From a bacterium (lineage in GTDB: Bacteria > UBA8248), in assembly GCA_963692865.2 (NCBI GenBank), contig OY843592.1, positions 2,528,001 through 2,592,000 of the forward strand: a stretch of DNA of 64,000 bases, written 5' to 3'. The translations under genes were made by a program, and so were the position numbers. The notes below the pieces were generated by a model, which saw only the letters and a list, made by a program, of their open reading frames with translations, was not told where the DNA came from and ran no database searches. Below are positions 21,595-36,227 of the stretch, in pieces (positions within the stretch are counted from its first letter, which is position 1; the number at the start of each line of letters is the position of its first letter).

Positions 21595-22620
21595 ATGCCC
21601 GAGAGAAGGATATGCGCTTTGGACTACCACGATTTGGCGCGACGCGCCTTGGAAGATGAAAGACCCGGACGAGACGAGGCGCTCTCCGTCATCAATGCGC
21701 CCGATGACGAGATTCTCAAACTTCTGGACGCCGCCTTCTCCGTGCGGCGCGCGTATTTCGGGAAAAAAGTACAGATCCACTACCTCATCAACGCCAAGAG
21801 CGGCATTTGTCCCGAAGATTGCGGATACTGCTCCCAATCTTCCGTCTCAAGCGCCCGGATCGACAGATACGAACTGGTGGACGAAGAACAACTTATGGAA
21901 GGGGCTTCGCGGGCCGAGGCCGCCGGTTCGAGGCGCTACTGCATCGTCATCAGCGCGCGCGGACCGTCGGACGCGGAAATCGAAAGACTCTGCCGGGCCG
22001 TCTCCACGATCAAGTCGCGCCACCGCCTCTCCGTGTGCTGCTCTCTCGGACTGCTGGAAGCTGCCCAGGCCGTCAGGCTCAACGAGGCCGGGGTGGACCG
22101 CTTCAATCACAACCTCAATACGAGCGCGCGTTATTATCCCCGAATCTGTTCCACTCACACCTACGCCGACCGCGTGGACACCCTGAACGCCGCGCGCGGG
22201 GCCGGTCTCGAATTGTGCTCGGGCGTTATTTTCGGGCAAGGGGAGAGCGCGGAGGACGTCGTCTCCGTTTGCGAGGCGCTGAGCGCGCTCGCGCCCGAAT
22301 CCATACCGGTCAACTTTCTCAACCCGATAGGCGGCACGCCGCTCGAAGGAAGACCGCTCCTCGGGCCGCTCGCCTGCCTCAAACTGCTCTGTCTGATGCG
22401 CTTCTACAACCCACGCTCGGAAATTCGCGTCGCCGGGGGAAGGGAAGTTCAACTGAGAGATTTTCAGCCTCTCGCGCTCTACCCGGCCAACTCGATTTTC
22501 GTGGACGGCTACCTCACGACACCCGGCCAGGAGTCGGCCGCGGCGCGACGCATGATCCGTGACGCGGGATTCGAACTCGACACAGAAGGCCACGCCGACC
22601 CGGTCTTGTCGGGGCGATAA
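21595..22620 (+). CDS. bioB: Biotin synthase
   Basis: NAKSGICPEDCGYCSQS radical-SAM motif, FNHNLNT, STHTYADR, ELCSGVIFGQGE, SIPVNFLNPI, RVAGGRE, YLTT. Start approximate. Confidence 0.95.
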   Translation: MPERRICALDYHDLARRALEDERPGRDEALSVINAPDDEILKLLDAAFSVRRAYFGKKVQIHYLINAKSGICPEDCGYCSQSSVSSARIDRYELVDEEQLMEGASRAEAAGSRRYCIVISARGPSDAEIERLCRAVSTIKSRHRLSVCCSLGLLEAAQAVRLNEAGVDRFNHNLNTSARYYPRICSTHTYADRVDTLNAARGAGLELCSGVIFGQGESAEDVVSVCEALSALAPESIPVNFLNPIGGTPLEGRPLLGPLACLKLLCLMRFYNPRSEIRVAGGREVQLRDFQPLALYPANSIFVDGYLTTPGQESAAARRMIRDAGFELDTEGHADPVLSGR

Positions 22621-22839
22621 TCGGGCGAGGAGCGCGTTTCGAGGCATTCACCATGAAGGGGACAGTAAGAGATAGTAAATGAAATTATTTTAGGTATTTA
22701 TATGCTTTCATATCATAAGTCACATTAGCACCGGGTCAGCTGTTATCCGGGCTTGAGCAAGGCTAATTCCGCAGGAACTCCACGAAGTAACTGCCGACCG
22801 CGTCAACACAAGCAAGAGAAAAAACTTGACTGCTCCGCG

Positions 22840-24063
22840 CTAGTCCCTGAAGTCGTCCCGAACTTCGGGTCCCGCCATCGCCACCCCGATGGGCGTGAGC
22901 ACATGCAATACACGAAGCGCGTCATCATGGAGCTTCAATACCTCTTCGAGGCGCTTGTAGGCCTGCGGTGCTTCATCCGTATCGGCTCCTCGAAGCACAA
23001 CTTCCATCTTGGCGATCCACTCATTCATCTGTTCTCGCGTAATCGCGCCGCCCTTGCGAATCAGACGGCCCTTGCGCCATTTTTTCCTGCCGGCGGCCTT
23101 CGTTCTGCTCATCACCCGGCCCGCGCCGTGAATTGTCGAGTAGAGGAGGGATTTCGACCCCGATGTCTCCACGCCTTCGGCGATGACGGAAATATCCCCC
23201 ATGCTCCCGCCGATAAAGCATTTCTGGCCCGGCCAGGCGGGCGTGGCGCCCTTGCGCACCACGATATAACGCTCGCCGCCGTGCTCTTCCTCCCACGCGA
23301 AATTGTGATGGTTGTGGACCTCCCACTCGGAAGCGGCGCCCAGGATTTCGAGCACTCGGCCTCCCACGTAATTCCTCCCGGCGTAGGCGTAGCGCCCCGC
23401 CAGCTTCATGGCGGCGAAATAGTCTCCTCCCAGGGGGGAGGCGAGTGAAAACACGGTGGCGGGAGCGTGCATATCCTCTCGGGCGGGCGGATCGGCGAAC
23501 TTCCTGTTTTTCGCCAGATTCAAAAACCCGGTGCACGTCTTGTGGCCAAAGCCCCTGGAGCCGAAATGAATCCCGATCCAGAGCGCGTCGTCCGCCTCGT
23601 CGACGAATAAATCGACGTAATGATTGCCCGCGCCGACCGTGCCCAGCTGGGAGCGCGCGAGCGGCTTCAAATCCTCGAGTTCGGGCATCAACTTCCATGA
23701 GGGGTCATCGAAAAGCGCATCGTCTATGGGCTCAGGATTCTTCCGGCCCATGCCGAATTCGAGGTTCCGGAATATCTCGTCCATGATGGCGGAGAGACTG
23801 GGGCGCACGTCCGATGCCTTCAGGTTCGTCCTGATGGCCTTGTTGCCGCAGGCGATGTCATAGCCCACGCCACTCGGCGATACGGCGTTCTCGTAGGCGA
23901 TGATTCCGCCGATGGGCATGGAGTACCCCAAATGATGATCGGCGCATAGAGCGCCGGCGCGCGCTTCTTCATCGGCGAGACAGCACTCGATCTGGCGAAG
24001 AGCGCCTTCATCGAGAGGATGTCCGCGGACGGCGAGGGGTTTATCTTTGATATGAGTCGCCAT
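22840..24063 (-). CDS. rtcB: RtcB-family RNA ligase
   Basis: ADHHLGYSMPIG, GVGYDIACG, GTVGAGNHY, HFGSRGFG, HNHHN, VVRKGATPA, GGSMG, HGAGR, DEAPQAYK. Confidence 0.93.
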   Translation of the reverse strand: MATHIKDKPLAVRGHPLDEGALRQIECCLADEEARAGALCADHHLGYSMPIGGIIAYENAVSPSGVGYDIACGNKAIRTNLKASDVRPSLSAIMDEIFRNLEFGMGRKNPEPIDDALFDDPSWKLMPELEDLKPLARSQLGTVGAGNHYVDLFVDEADDALWIGIHFGSRGFGHKTCTGFLNLAKNRKFADPPAREDMHAPATVFSLASPLGGDYFAAMKLAGRYAYAGRNYVGGRVLEILGAASEWEVHNHHNFAWEEEHGGERYIVVRKGATPAWPGQKCFIGGSMGDISVIAEGVETSGSKSLLYSTIHGAGRVMSRTKAAGRKKWRKGRLIRKGGAITREQMNEWIAKMEVVLRGADTDEAPQAYKRLEEVLKLHDDALRVLHVLTPIGVAMAGPEVRDDFRD

Positions 24064-24180
24064 GACCCAGTCTATCATGCAGGGGAGTTCAAGAAAAAGG
24101 TGAGGAATCGGGCCGGGGTATTATTTTACATAACATATCTTATCGTTATTTTCCTGCATGGTGAATTTCCGGGATGCCCG

Positions 24181-24846
24181 TTATTTGGCGGCTCTTTCGC
24201 CGCTCAGCTTCGCGCGGATATGACCGCTCAAAAACGGACTCTCAGGATGCTTTTTGCTCAATTCCTCGTAAGTCTTGCGCGCATCCTCCGTCCGGCCGAG
24301 CTTCTCCTGACAATCGGCAATGGATATATACAGATCCTCGGACGTGAAGAAACTCCCTTTTTTGAGAATCGATTCCCAGACCGAGACGGCCTCGGCGCAG
24401 GCGCCCTCCAGCATCAAGACGGAGGCGATTCCGCGTTTCGCCAGTTCCTTGTCGGTCTCCGAAGAAATGCTGCTCTTCTCCACGAGTTCATACTGCGCCC
24501 GCGCGCCCTGGTATTGTTTTCTCTCGCGCAGCAAGGCCGCCAGGTGCAATCGCGCCAGAAGGCCCGGACGCGAGCGTGGATGCTCGTCCGCCACTTTTTG
24601 GAACGCGGCTTCCGCCGCCTCGCCGCCCGGAGAAGCGGTTTTGGCCAAACCATATGCCAAGGCCGCCTTTTCGCGTGCGCGCTCATCCCACATCCGGTAG
24701 CCCACAAAAACGGCGGCCACCAGAATAACGGCGCCCAGCCCCATATAGAGAATCTTCTGGTTTTCGGCGAACCAGAGAACCACCTTTCTTCCCTGAGTCT
24801 GCAGCGCATCCGGCTGGCGGATTTCCTTTCTGAAAGTTCTGGCCAT
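24181..24846 (-). CDS. Membrane-anchored TPR protein (YfgM-like)
   Basis: RKEIRQPD N-terminus, single TM helix, TPR-like helices. Confidence 0.78.
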   Translation of the reverse strand: MARTFRKEIRQPDALQTQGRKVVLWFAENQKILYMGLGAVILVAAVFVGYRMWDERAREKAALAYGLAKTASPGGEAAEAAFQKVADEHPRSRPGLLARLHLAALLRERKQYQGARAQYELVEKSSISSETDKELAKRGIASVLMLEGACAEAVSVWESILKKGSFFTSEDLYISIADCQEKLGRTEDARKTYEELSKKHPESPFLSGHIRAKLSGERAAK

Positions 24847-25015
24847 CTTACGATAATCCTTTAGTATGAAAATCCTGTTCGACTACCCGTATTCAAAGTT
24901 CTCACGCGGTTGCCGTCTTTGGAAATGAGCGGGTGGCACGATAAGCGGAACGGACGGTTCCGTCAATCGCGCTTCGAAATCGGAGGCGGAATCAAAAGGT
25001 GAAATCCGGCAAGTT

Positions 25016-25438
25016 TCAACGGTTCTTATCAAGAATTTCGAGTATTTCCCGGAGTTCCTGGCGCATCCACGTCAGGTCGACGTTTTCCCGACTCGGGTTT
25101 TCAAACGGCAGCACAGGAGCGATTTCCGGCCCGGCCTCGACCGGCTTTTTCGCCTTGTTCGCTTCGGCTCGCGCTGCTCGTTGTTTTTGAAGCTGCTTCT
25201 TGGCTCCGGCAATGGTGAAGTTCTCTTCGTACAACAACTGCTTGATCGAAAAAACGAGTTCCACGTCTTTGCGGCGATATACCCGTTGCCCGGAGTCACC
25301 TTTCGCCGGCCGGAGCATTCGGAATTCACTCTCCCAGTAGCGCAGCACATGAGGCTTCGTGCCCGTCAATTCCGCAACCTCACCGATTTTGAAGAACAGT
25401 TTGTCGGGTATCTGCTGATTCGGGGCGGTCCGGGCCAT
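25016..25438 (-). CDS. MerR-family transcriptional regulator
   Basis: [30 protein letters not shown]...GQRVYRRKD...[10 protein letters not shown]; GGGAG RBS before ATG 25438. Confidence 0.92.
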   Translation of the reverse strand: MARTAPNQQIPDKLFFKIGEVAELTGTKPHVLRYWESEFRMLRPAKGDSGQRVYRRKDVELVFSIKQLLYEENFTIAGAKKQLQKQRAARAEANKAKKPVEAGPEIAPVLPFENPSRENVDLTWMRQELREILEILDKNR

Positions 25439-25448
25439 TGTCGACTCC

Positions 25449-26699
25449 CTATTTACGCAACCTGCGACGAACAACGATGGCGTCCCCGAATCCGTCCTGA
25501 CGTATTTTCTTCCTGAACGCCAACGCCTCGCGGAGGCTCCCGAACTTCCCGGTTCGTATCCTGTAAAGCCGCCTCGTCTCTGCGCGCCGGAGACGGGAGG
25601 CGAGCTCGCCTCGAAAACCGGAATCCTCCACGCGGTCCAAGAGCAGAGCGGCATCTTCCAGATTCCTGAAACTACCCACCGCTACTTTCCATTGATTATC
25701 CGATCGGTATACCCTGGCTCCGATCTTTTTCTTCCTCGCCCTGCTCGCCAGGACCCGCGCCTCGGCCAGACTCGAAAACGAACCGAGACGCACCTCCGTC
25801 ATTCGGCGGCTGCTGCGCCTCCTCGCACGGTTCGTGCCTGCAACCTTGAAGGCTGAAAATCCTTTTTGCTTCAAGCGTTTTGAAAATGACTCCGCGCAAC
25901 GCCGGGTGCTGCAGGAAGCCACCTGCACGCTGTAATAAAAACTCCGGGTCGCCTTGCGGGCGTCTCCCCGAATGATCCGAGCCGGCTTTTTCCCGGCAAG
26001 CTGTTTTCCGGGTTTCGCCCTTTCGGGAGGGGCTTTCTTCTCGGGCTTTGGCGCCGCAGGCGTCGTTTCGCGCCTCGGTTTCGCCGTCATCCCAGGCGGA
26101 GGGACGGGCTTTTGCATCGTCGGAGTTGCGGCGAGCGGCGTCTTTTCAGCCCGGTTTGGAGGCGTGTTTTTTTCCAACATCGCTACGGCGGCGGACGGCG
26201 CTTTCCCCGTCGGGCCTGGGGCTGTGGAATTTCGTCTGATTGTCGGCGCGGCGGGTGGCGCCGTTGTTTCGGTCGGCCTCGATGGCGAGGGTCGCCCGGA
26301 CTGCATGTTTGGCTCCGGTGCGCCCATGGTTCTTTTTGGGGCTTGCGAGCCTGCGGACCGAGAAAACCGCTCATTGGCCCGGGGAGACTGCCTCTCGCGT
26401 ACCGAAGCGCCTCCCATTTTCGCCAAGCGTGTTTTTCTTTGTTGTTCCTGCTTCAGGCGGGCTTGTTCGATCTGCGCCTCTTTTTTGACTTTGGGAAGCC
26501 ACCAGAACTGGTAACCCGCCCATGCCACTCCGCCCAGCATGACGCATACGAAAAGAATGACCATCAATGCATCGACGAATCCGCCTCTGCGACGCTCGTA
26601 ATCCCCTCCTCCGTCTCCGGAGTCGGAGTTGGTTCCCGAGTCGTCGTCCCTTTCTTCGTCATCATCGCCTTCCAGAAGATTCACCCCTTTACTCGCCAT
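25449..26699 (-). CDS. SPOR-domain protein (TM anchor, Pro-rich linker, multiple SPOR repeats)
   Basis: Acidic N-terminus, TM helix, Pro/Lys/Arg linker, [33 protein letters not shown]. Confidence 0.82.
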   Translation of the reverse strand: MASKGVNLLEGDDDEERDDDSGTNSDSGDGGGDYERRRGGFVDALMVILFVCVMLGGVAWAGYQFWWLPKVKKEAQIEQARLKQEQQRKTRLAKMGGASVRERQSPRANERFSRSAGSQAPKRTMGAPEPNMQSGRPSPSRPTETTAPPAAPTIRRNSTAPGPTGKAPSAAVAMLEKNTPPNRAEKTPLAATPTMQKPVPPPGMTAKPRRETTPAAPKPEKKAPPERAKPGKQLAGKKPARIIRGDARKATRSFYYSVQVASCSTRRCAESFSKRLKQKGFSAFKVAGTNRARRRSSRRMTEVRLGSFSSLAEARVLASRARKKKIGARVYRSDNQWKVAVGSFRNLEDAALLLDRVEDSGFRGELASRLRRAETRRLYRIRTGKFGSLREALAFRKKIRQDGFGDAIVVRRRLRK

Positions 26700-26724
26700 G
26701 ACAGGAACCCTCTATGTGCGAAAT

Positions 26725-28812
26725 TTAGTCGTTCTCGCGAACTTCCGCCGCCTCGGATATGATTTTTTCAGAAATCTGCCCCGGCACTTCCTCGTAATGT
26801 GAAAACTCCACGGAGAAATCGCCCCGGTCCGCGGTAAGCGACCGCAGTGCGGGCGCGTAGTTCAACACCTCCGCCATGGGAACCTGGGATTTAATGACCT
26901 GTTTGCCGCCAACGCCGGGGTCCATGCCGAGCACCCTGCCCCTGCGAGAGTTCATGTCCCCGATGATGTCGCCCATATACTCTTCGGGAAGAATGATTTG
27001 CATGTTCATGATTGGCTCGAGAAGGGTCGGCCTGCATTCCTGAACGCCTTTCTTGAAGCCCAGAGAACCGGCAATCTTGAACGCCATCTCAGAACTGTCG
27101 ACGTTGTGAAAACTGCCGTCATACAGCGTGATCTTGAGGTCCGTAACGGGATAGCCCGCCAGGGTCCCCGAGTCCATCGCTTCGACAATCCCCTTCTCTA
27201 CGGCCGGAATAAACGTCTTGGGAATCGCGCCGCCCACGATCTTGTCCACGAACTCGAACCCGCCGCCGCGTTGCAGCGGCTCGATTTCAAGCCAGGTGTC
27301 TCCAAACTGCCCTCGCCCACCGGTTTGTTTCTTGTAGCGGCCCTGCACCTTGGTTCTGCCCTTAATCGTTTCCTTATACGGCACGCGCGGAGTCTTCATC
27401 TCCACTTCTACGCCATATTTGCGCTTGATGCGCTCGACCATCACTTCGATGTGTAAAACGCCCAGGCCCGAAAGGAGCATCTCTTTCGTCTGAGGGTCGC
27501 GACTGACGGTGAGCGCGGGGTCCTCATCGCGCAAACGCGTGAGGGCCGTGCTGAGTTTCTCCTCATCGCCTTTGCTCTTGGGCGCCACGGCATAGGAAAT
27601 GACGGGCGAGGGAAAGTTGATGGGCTCGAACACGATGGAGCCGGCCTCATCGCAAAGCGTATCTCCGGTTCTCGTGGTTTTCAGCTTGGCGAGCGCCGCG
27701 ATATCTCCCGGGACGAGTCTGTCGGAAACGGGAGACTGGCTTTTCCCTTGAATGAAGAACAAAGAACCGATTCTCTCTTTCTCCGATTGCGTGGTGTTGA
27801 GAACGCCGGTATCGGAAGAAACCTCGCCCGAGACCACCCGGAAATAATTCAACTTGCCGGCGAATGCGTCTACAACCGTCTTGAACACCAGGGCGCGGAA
27901 GGGTTCTTCCGCATCCGCCTGAATGTTCACCTCCTCGTCATCGGAATTTTTCGCCTTGAACACGTGCGAAGATGGCGACGCGCCGAACTGCTCAATCGCC
28001 TGGAGCAAAAGGTCCGTGCCTACGTTTTTCAAACCGCAACCGCACAAGACCGGCAAAAAGGAACCTTCATGGATTCCCTGGCGCAACCCTTCGACAATCT
28101 CATCCGGTGAGAGTTCTTCCCCCTCCAGATATTTCTCAAGGACTTCTTCGTTCGCTTCCGCCGCGAACTCGATGAGCTGCCCGCGATACTCTTCACAGGC
28201 ATCTGCAAGTTCGGCCGGAACGTCGCCTTCCACGGCCTTGCCGTTGCCCTCCTCCTGGTAGGTGTAGGCCTTGCCCGAAATGAGATCGACGACTCCGTTG
28301 AAATCGGCGCCGGGATTCACGGGTAATTGAAGCACGACGAGACGTTTGTTGATCGTCTTCTCCGCATACTCCATCGCGCGGCTCAAGTCGGCTTGTTCAT
28401 GATCCATCTGGTTCAGATATATGAACGTGCACAAACCCTCTTCTTCGGCCCAGGCCAACACTTTTTCGGTGATCACCTTCGGCTCCGAGTGCGCATTCAG
28501 AACGACGACGGCGCTGTCGCATGCGCGAATGGCCGCAACGGTGTCGGATATGAAATTCGAATATCCCGGCGTATCGAGAAGATTGAAGCGGTGCCTGTTC
28601 CAATCGGCGTAGGCCACAGCGCCCAGGATGGAGGAATTTCTCTTTACTTCTTCAGGTTCCGAGTCGAGTATGGTGTTCCCGGCGTCCACCTTTCCTTGCC
28701 TGTCCGTGCTTCCCGCTGTGAAGAGGCAGGCTTCCACGAGAGAAGTTTTTCCGTTTCCTCCCTCTCCCACAAAGGCAATGTTTCGGATTTTGTCTGTTTC
28801 GTGCGACGCCAT
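26725..28812 (-). CDS. fusA: Elongation factor G paralog (EF-G2 type)
   Basis: IRNIAFVGEGGNGKTSL, LDTPGY, KKQTGGRGQFG, DGSFHNVDSSEMAFKIAG, LLEPIM. Divergent G1/switch motifs; not in a str operon. Confidence 0.92.
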   Translation of the reverse strand: MASHETDKIRNIAFVGEGGNGKTSLVEACLFTAGSTDRQGKVDAGNTILDSEPEEVKRNSSILGAVAYADWNRHRFNLLDTPGYSNFISDTVAAIRACDSAVVVLNAHSEPKVITEKVLAWAEEEGLCTFIYLNQMDHEQADLSRAMEYAEKTINKRLVVLQLPVNPGADFNGVVDLISGKAYTYQEEGNGKAVEGDVPAELADACEEYRGQLIEFAAEANEEVLEKYLEGEELSPDEIVEGLRQGIHEGSFLPVLCGCGLKNVGTDLLLQAIEQFGASPSSHVFKAKNSDDEEVNIQADAEEPFRALVFKTVVDAFAGKLNYFRVVSGEVSSDTGVLNTTQSEKERIGSLFFIQGKSQSPVSDRLVPGDIAALAKLKTTRTGDTLCDEAGSIVFEPINFPSPVISYAVAPKSKGDEEKLSTALTRLRDEDPALTVSRDPQTKEMLLSGLGVLHIEVMVERIKRKYGVEVEMKTPRVPYKETIKGRTKVQGRYKKQTGGRGQFGDTWLEIEPLQRGGGFEFVDKIVGGAIPKTFIPAVEKGIVEAMDSGTLAGYPVTDLKITLYDGSFHNVDSSEMAFKIAGSLGFKKGVQECRPTLLEPIMNMQIILPEEYMGDIIGDMNSRRGRVLGMDPGVGGKQVIKSQVPMAEVLNYAPALRSLTADRGDFSVEFSHYEEVPGQISEKIISEAAEVREND

Positions 28813-29030
28813 CTACCCCAACTCCTCTTATATCAGCCGTTTGGCAACGTGACGTTCAGCCAGAGTCTCTCGCCCGACCCGGTGATGAGTGCGAAAACCA
28901 GCATTTCTGGAATCCTGCCATTCAAGGTTTGCTTTGTCAATCAGAATGAATTACTTGCAGGGCATCATTAAAGCTGGGCATGAACTATGAAATTGGGCGT
29001 GCGCCCCCGAACCCTCGAAAATCCTTGAGG

Positions 29031-30398
29031 TTATCGCCTCGCTCTTGCGTTTCGTCTTCGGGGGGCGTCCGTCCCCCTTTGGCGGAAGCTCACCCGAAGC
29101 GGCGTACCCTCAAAATCAAATCGCTCTCTCAACCTGTTTTCCACGTACCTCCCGTATTGTTCCAGGGGGATCCGGCTTACGAGACTCGCAAAGAGTATGA
29201 TATGGGGCGGCGAAACGCCGCTCTGCGTGGAATAATACACCTTTGGGCGCCGCCCTCCTGAAACCGTGGGCGGGGGGTGGGAATGAACGATTTCCGCTAT
29301 CGCCCGGTTCAATTGTCCGGTGGGAACGCGCCTGACGTAAGACTCGAAGATTTTCTCTACGACATCGAAAACACGCTCGCATCTCTGCCCCGTCAGAGCG
29401 GAGACGGAAAGAACCGGCGCGAACTGGATGTGGACCAGTTTGTCCTTGATCTCGCGTACTTTCTCGTCAAACGTCTTGCTCCCCTTCGCCAGGAGGTCCC
29501 ATTTGTTCAACAAGATCGCGCAGGCTCGGCCGGATTCCTTGATGTGGCGGGCTATTTGCGCATCCATCGCCTTCGGGCCTTCAGCCGCGTCGATGAGAAG
29601 CAAAGCGATCTGGGCGCGCTCGATGCTGCGATAAGCCATTATCATACTCACCGCCTCCACCTGGCGCTTGCCGATCTTTCCTCTTCTCCTGATGCCGGCC
29701 GTATCGACGAGACGATAGGATTTTCCTTCTCTTATGCACAGGGAATCCACGGGGTCTCGCGTCGTGCCGGGCACGGGACTCACTAAGGTGCGTTCGCTTC
29801 CCAGAATTTGATTCACGAAAGAGGATTTCCCCACGTTCGGGCGGCCGACCACGGCGATACGAAGCTCATTCGTATCTTCGCTCTCCTCGACCCCGGTTTC
29901 ACTGGAAGCGATGCGAAACGCTTCGTCCATCACCTCGGACACGCCTGAACCGTGCTCCGCCGAAACGGGCCGAACCTCCCCGAGACCGAGTTGGTAGAAA
30001 TCCCATTCCGTCTCTCGCGCGCGCCTGGAATCCGATTTGTTCACGATGAGCAGCACCGGTTTTTGCGAGACGCGGAGCATATGCGCCACCTCATGGTCTC
30101 CGGGAAGAAGGCCCTCGATTCCGTCGACGAGAAATAAAACGACATCGCTTTCCTCGACGGCGACCGCCGTCTGTTCCTGAATTTTCGGCGAGAACGGATC
30201 TCCTTCCGCAGCGGCGATGCCTCCCGTATCGACAGCGAGAAATTTCTGGCCTTCCCACTCTCCTTCTCCGTAGCGCCTGTCCCGCGTCACCCCCGGCTCT
30301 GCCTGCACGATGGCGTCGCGTCTGCCGATGAGGCGATTGAAGAGCGTGGATTTCCCCACATTCGGGCGACCGACGATTACGAAGACGGGAGAAGGCAT
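29031..30398 (-). CDS. der: Ribosome biogenesis GTPase Der (EngA)
   Basis: Two GTPase domains: GRPNVGKS twice, GVTRD/GTTRD, DTGG/DTAG, NKSD/NKWD. Start ATG 30398. Confidence 0.96.
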   Translation of the reverse strand: MPSPVFVIVGRPNVGKSTLFNRLIGRRDAIVQAEPGVTRDRRYGEGEWEGQKFLAVDTGGIAAAEGDPFSPKIQEQTAVAVEESDVVLFLVDGIEGLLPGDHEVAHMLRVSQKPVLLIVNKSDSRRARETEWDFYQLGLGEVRPVSAEHGSGVSEVMDEAFRIASSETGVEESEDTNELRIAVVGRPNVGKSSFVNQILGSERTLVSPVPGTTRDPVDSLCIREGKSYRLVDTAGIRRRGKIGKRQVEAVSMIMAYRSIERAQIALLLIDAAEGPKAMDAQIARHIKESGRACAILLNKWDLLAKGSKTFDEKVREIKDKLVHIQFAPVLSVSALTGQRCERVFDVVEKIFESYVRRVPTGQLNRAIAEIVHSHPPPTVSGGRRPKVYYSTQSGVSPPHIILFASLVSRIPLEQYGRYVENRLRERFDFEGTPLRVSFRQRGTDAPRRRNARARR

Positions 30399-30426
30399 GG
30401 AGGTGTATCCAGATGAGGAATGGGTT

Positions 30427-34272
<3,846 letters not shown>

Positions 34273-34559
34273 CTGCAATCTCCCAGGAATTAGAGGTCGC
34301 CATAAAATCAAACAGGGCGCTTCGCTAGATGAAATACGTTTTCCGGCGTCTTTTATCATTTCTTGAATTTGGACGGAAGCGCACGAGAAAATGCGTTTAT
34401 TCGCAAAGCTGCAGACAAAAAACGCCGCCCAAACAGGGGAGATGAAAATTATTCGATATTGATTTTCCGTTAAGATTTAATTATCAATATATTAAATCTG
34501 TTTTTATAGATTTTACATGAAATTATGTGCGTCCGGTTTCCTGGCGTTTTTACGAAAAC

Positions 34560-34841
34560 TTACGTGATCTCCCCAAAACCGGTTCGAACCAAATTGGCCA
34601 ACTCTGCCACCGCAGCCTCTTCATCCGAACCATTTGCGTTTATCAGAAGTTCCGAGCCTGGAGTCGCGGCAAGCATCATGACCCCCATGATGCTTTTGCC
34701 GTCTACCTCCATATCGTGAAATCGAACCGTAATTTCGCTCTCGAATTTGCTCGATAACCTCACGAACTTGGCCGCCGCTCTGGCGTGAAGCCCCGTCTGA
34801 TTGTTGATGCTGACTCTCTGCTCCGCCATGACGGCGCTCAT
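34560..34841 (-). CDS. ptsH: Phosphocarrier protein HPr/NPr
   Basis: NQTGLHARAAAKFV, VDGKSIMGVMMLAA. Confidence 0.93.
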   Translation of the reverse strand: MSAVMAEQRVSINNQTGLHARAAAKFVRLSSKFESEITVRFHDMEVDGKSIMGVMMLAATPGSELLINANGSDEEAAVAELANLVRTGFGEIT

Positions 34842-35260
34842 TCCCTCTCGGCTGGTTGCTGTTTCACTGAATTGATCATTTCACTCGGCTGGGCCAGATT
34901 CCGTCTCCCATACTCCACCAAAAAACGCGCCGCTTCGGAGACGGTTTTGCCCTTGATGAAAGACAACTTCAAGAGCATCGGCAAATTCACTCCCGTCACC
35001 ACTTCCACTCCGGGATGATTCAACATGGCGAGAGCCGCGTTCGTAGGAGCGCCTCCCATCATGTCCGTCATGATTATCACCCCCTCGCCCGTTTCCACTT
35101 CTGCCACCGCCTTTTCTATTTTTTCCGTAAATCCGGCGGGATCGGCGTCGGGTTTCAAGGCGAGCGCCTTCATTTGGGTTGCGCCGGACAAGACGGACTC
35201 GGCCGCATGCAACAACGCATCCGGATAATTTCCATGACCGACGATCACCAGACCAATCAT
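34838..35260 (-). CDS. PTS mannose/fructose-type EIIA component
   Basis: MIGLVIVGHG, DMMGGAPTN, EVVTGVNLPML. Confidence 0.92.
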   Translation of the reverse strand: MIGLVIVGHGNYPDALLHAAESVLSGATQMKALALKPDADPAGFTEKIEKAVAEVETGEGVIIMTDMMGGAPTNAALAMLNHPGVEVVTGVNLPMLLKLSFIKGKTVSEAARFLVEYGRRNLAQPSEMINSVKQQPAERE

Positions 35261-35285
35261 TCCAGGTCTCTTTTCCCTTTCTCCC

Positions 35286-36227
35286 CTAACTCGCCGATTC
35301 GAGCGCAATCCGGGCGGAGAGCGTGCGGCTGAATTCTTCTGCGGAGAAATAGCCCATTCTTTGCAATAACAGGTTCCTGGCGGCCACCTCAATCAGCGTG
35401 GGTATGTTTCTCCCTGGGGCGACCGGGATTTTTACGTGTGGCAAGTATTTGTCCAAGACGTTTTGGGTCTCTATGTCGATTCCGAGGCGCTCAAAAGGCA
35501 AATCCGGGCTCCAGGGGATTAACTCTACGATGAGATCGACATTTTTTTCATAACGAATCGCCACCACGCCAAACAAATCTTTCAAATTCAAGATTCCGAG
35601 CCCCCTCACCTCGATATGGTGTTTGAGCAATTCCGTGCTTTTTCCCACCAGTTCATTTCCGCGCAACTGGATATCCACCACGTCGTCGGCGACGAGCCGG
35701 TGTCCCCGCGTCACGAGATGGAGCGCGCACTCGCTCTTCCCGATGCCGCTTTTCCCCTGAATGAGTACGCCGACGCCATACAAATCAACAAGGACGCCAT
35801 GCAACCTGGCGTGCTGAGAAAGGTGCTCTTCGAGATATCCCGACAATTTCGGCATCAAATCCTTGCCAGGCAATCTTGAGAGTATAATCGGCACACCGGA
35901 TCGTTCGGATGCCTCCCTGGTACTCGGGAAAATATGTTTGCCTCCCGTGACCAACACTGCGCACAGCGGCAGGCGAAAATATCTGCGCACCGCTTCGTCT
36001 CTCTCCTCTTCTTTCAGGTGTTCCAAAAAACCGACTTCGGTGCTGCCCCATACCTGAACCCTGTCCGGGTGCACGGCTTTCAAAAATCCGGCAAGAGGCA
36101 AGCCATTTTTCTGAAAATGTGTATGGTTAATCCAGCGGCTCATGCCGGATTCGCCCGAGAGGATGGATAACTTCAACTCTTCTCGCAGGTCTTCGTACAG
36201 TTGAGATACAGAGAGCTTGCTCACCAC
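35286..36227 (-). CDS. hprK: HPr kinase/phosphorylase
   Basis: HGVLVDLYGVGVLIQGKSGIGKSECAL, RGHRLVADD, HIEVRGLGI, PGRNIPTLIEVAARN. Confidence 0.96.
   Translation of the reverse strand: MVSKLSVSQLYEDLREELKLSILSGESGMSRWINHTHFQKNGLPLAGFLKAVHPDRVQVWGSTEVGFLEHLKEEERDEAVRRYFRLPLCAVLVTGGKHIFPSTREASERSGVPIILSRLPGKDLMPKLSGYLEEHLSQHARLHGVLVDLYGVGVLIQGKSGIGKSECALHLVTRGHRLVADDVVDIQLRGNELVGKSTELLKHHIEVRGLGILNLKDLFGVVAIRYEKNVDLIVELIPWSPDLPFERLGIDIETQNVLDKYLPHVKIPVAPGRNIPTLIEVAARNLLLQRMGYFSAEEFSRTLSARIALESAS

Noticed and set aside
24934-24950. TGGCACG sigma-54-like -24 box
   Set aside because: No correctly spaced -12 TGC, and it points toward the 3' end of an oppositely oriented gene.
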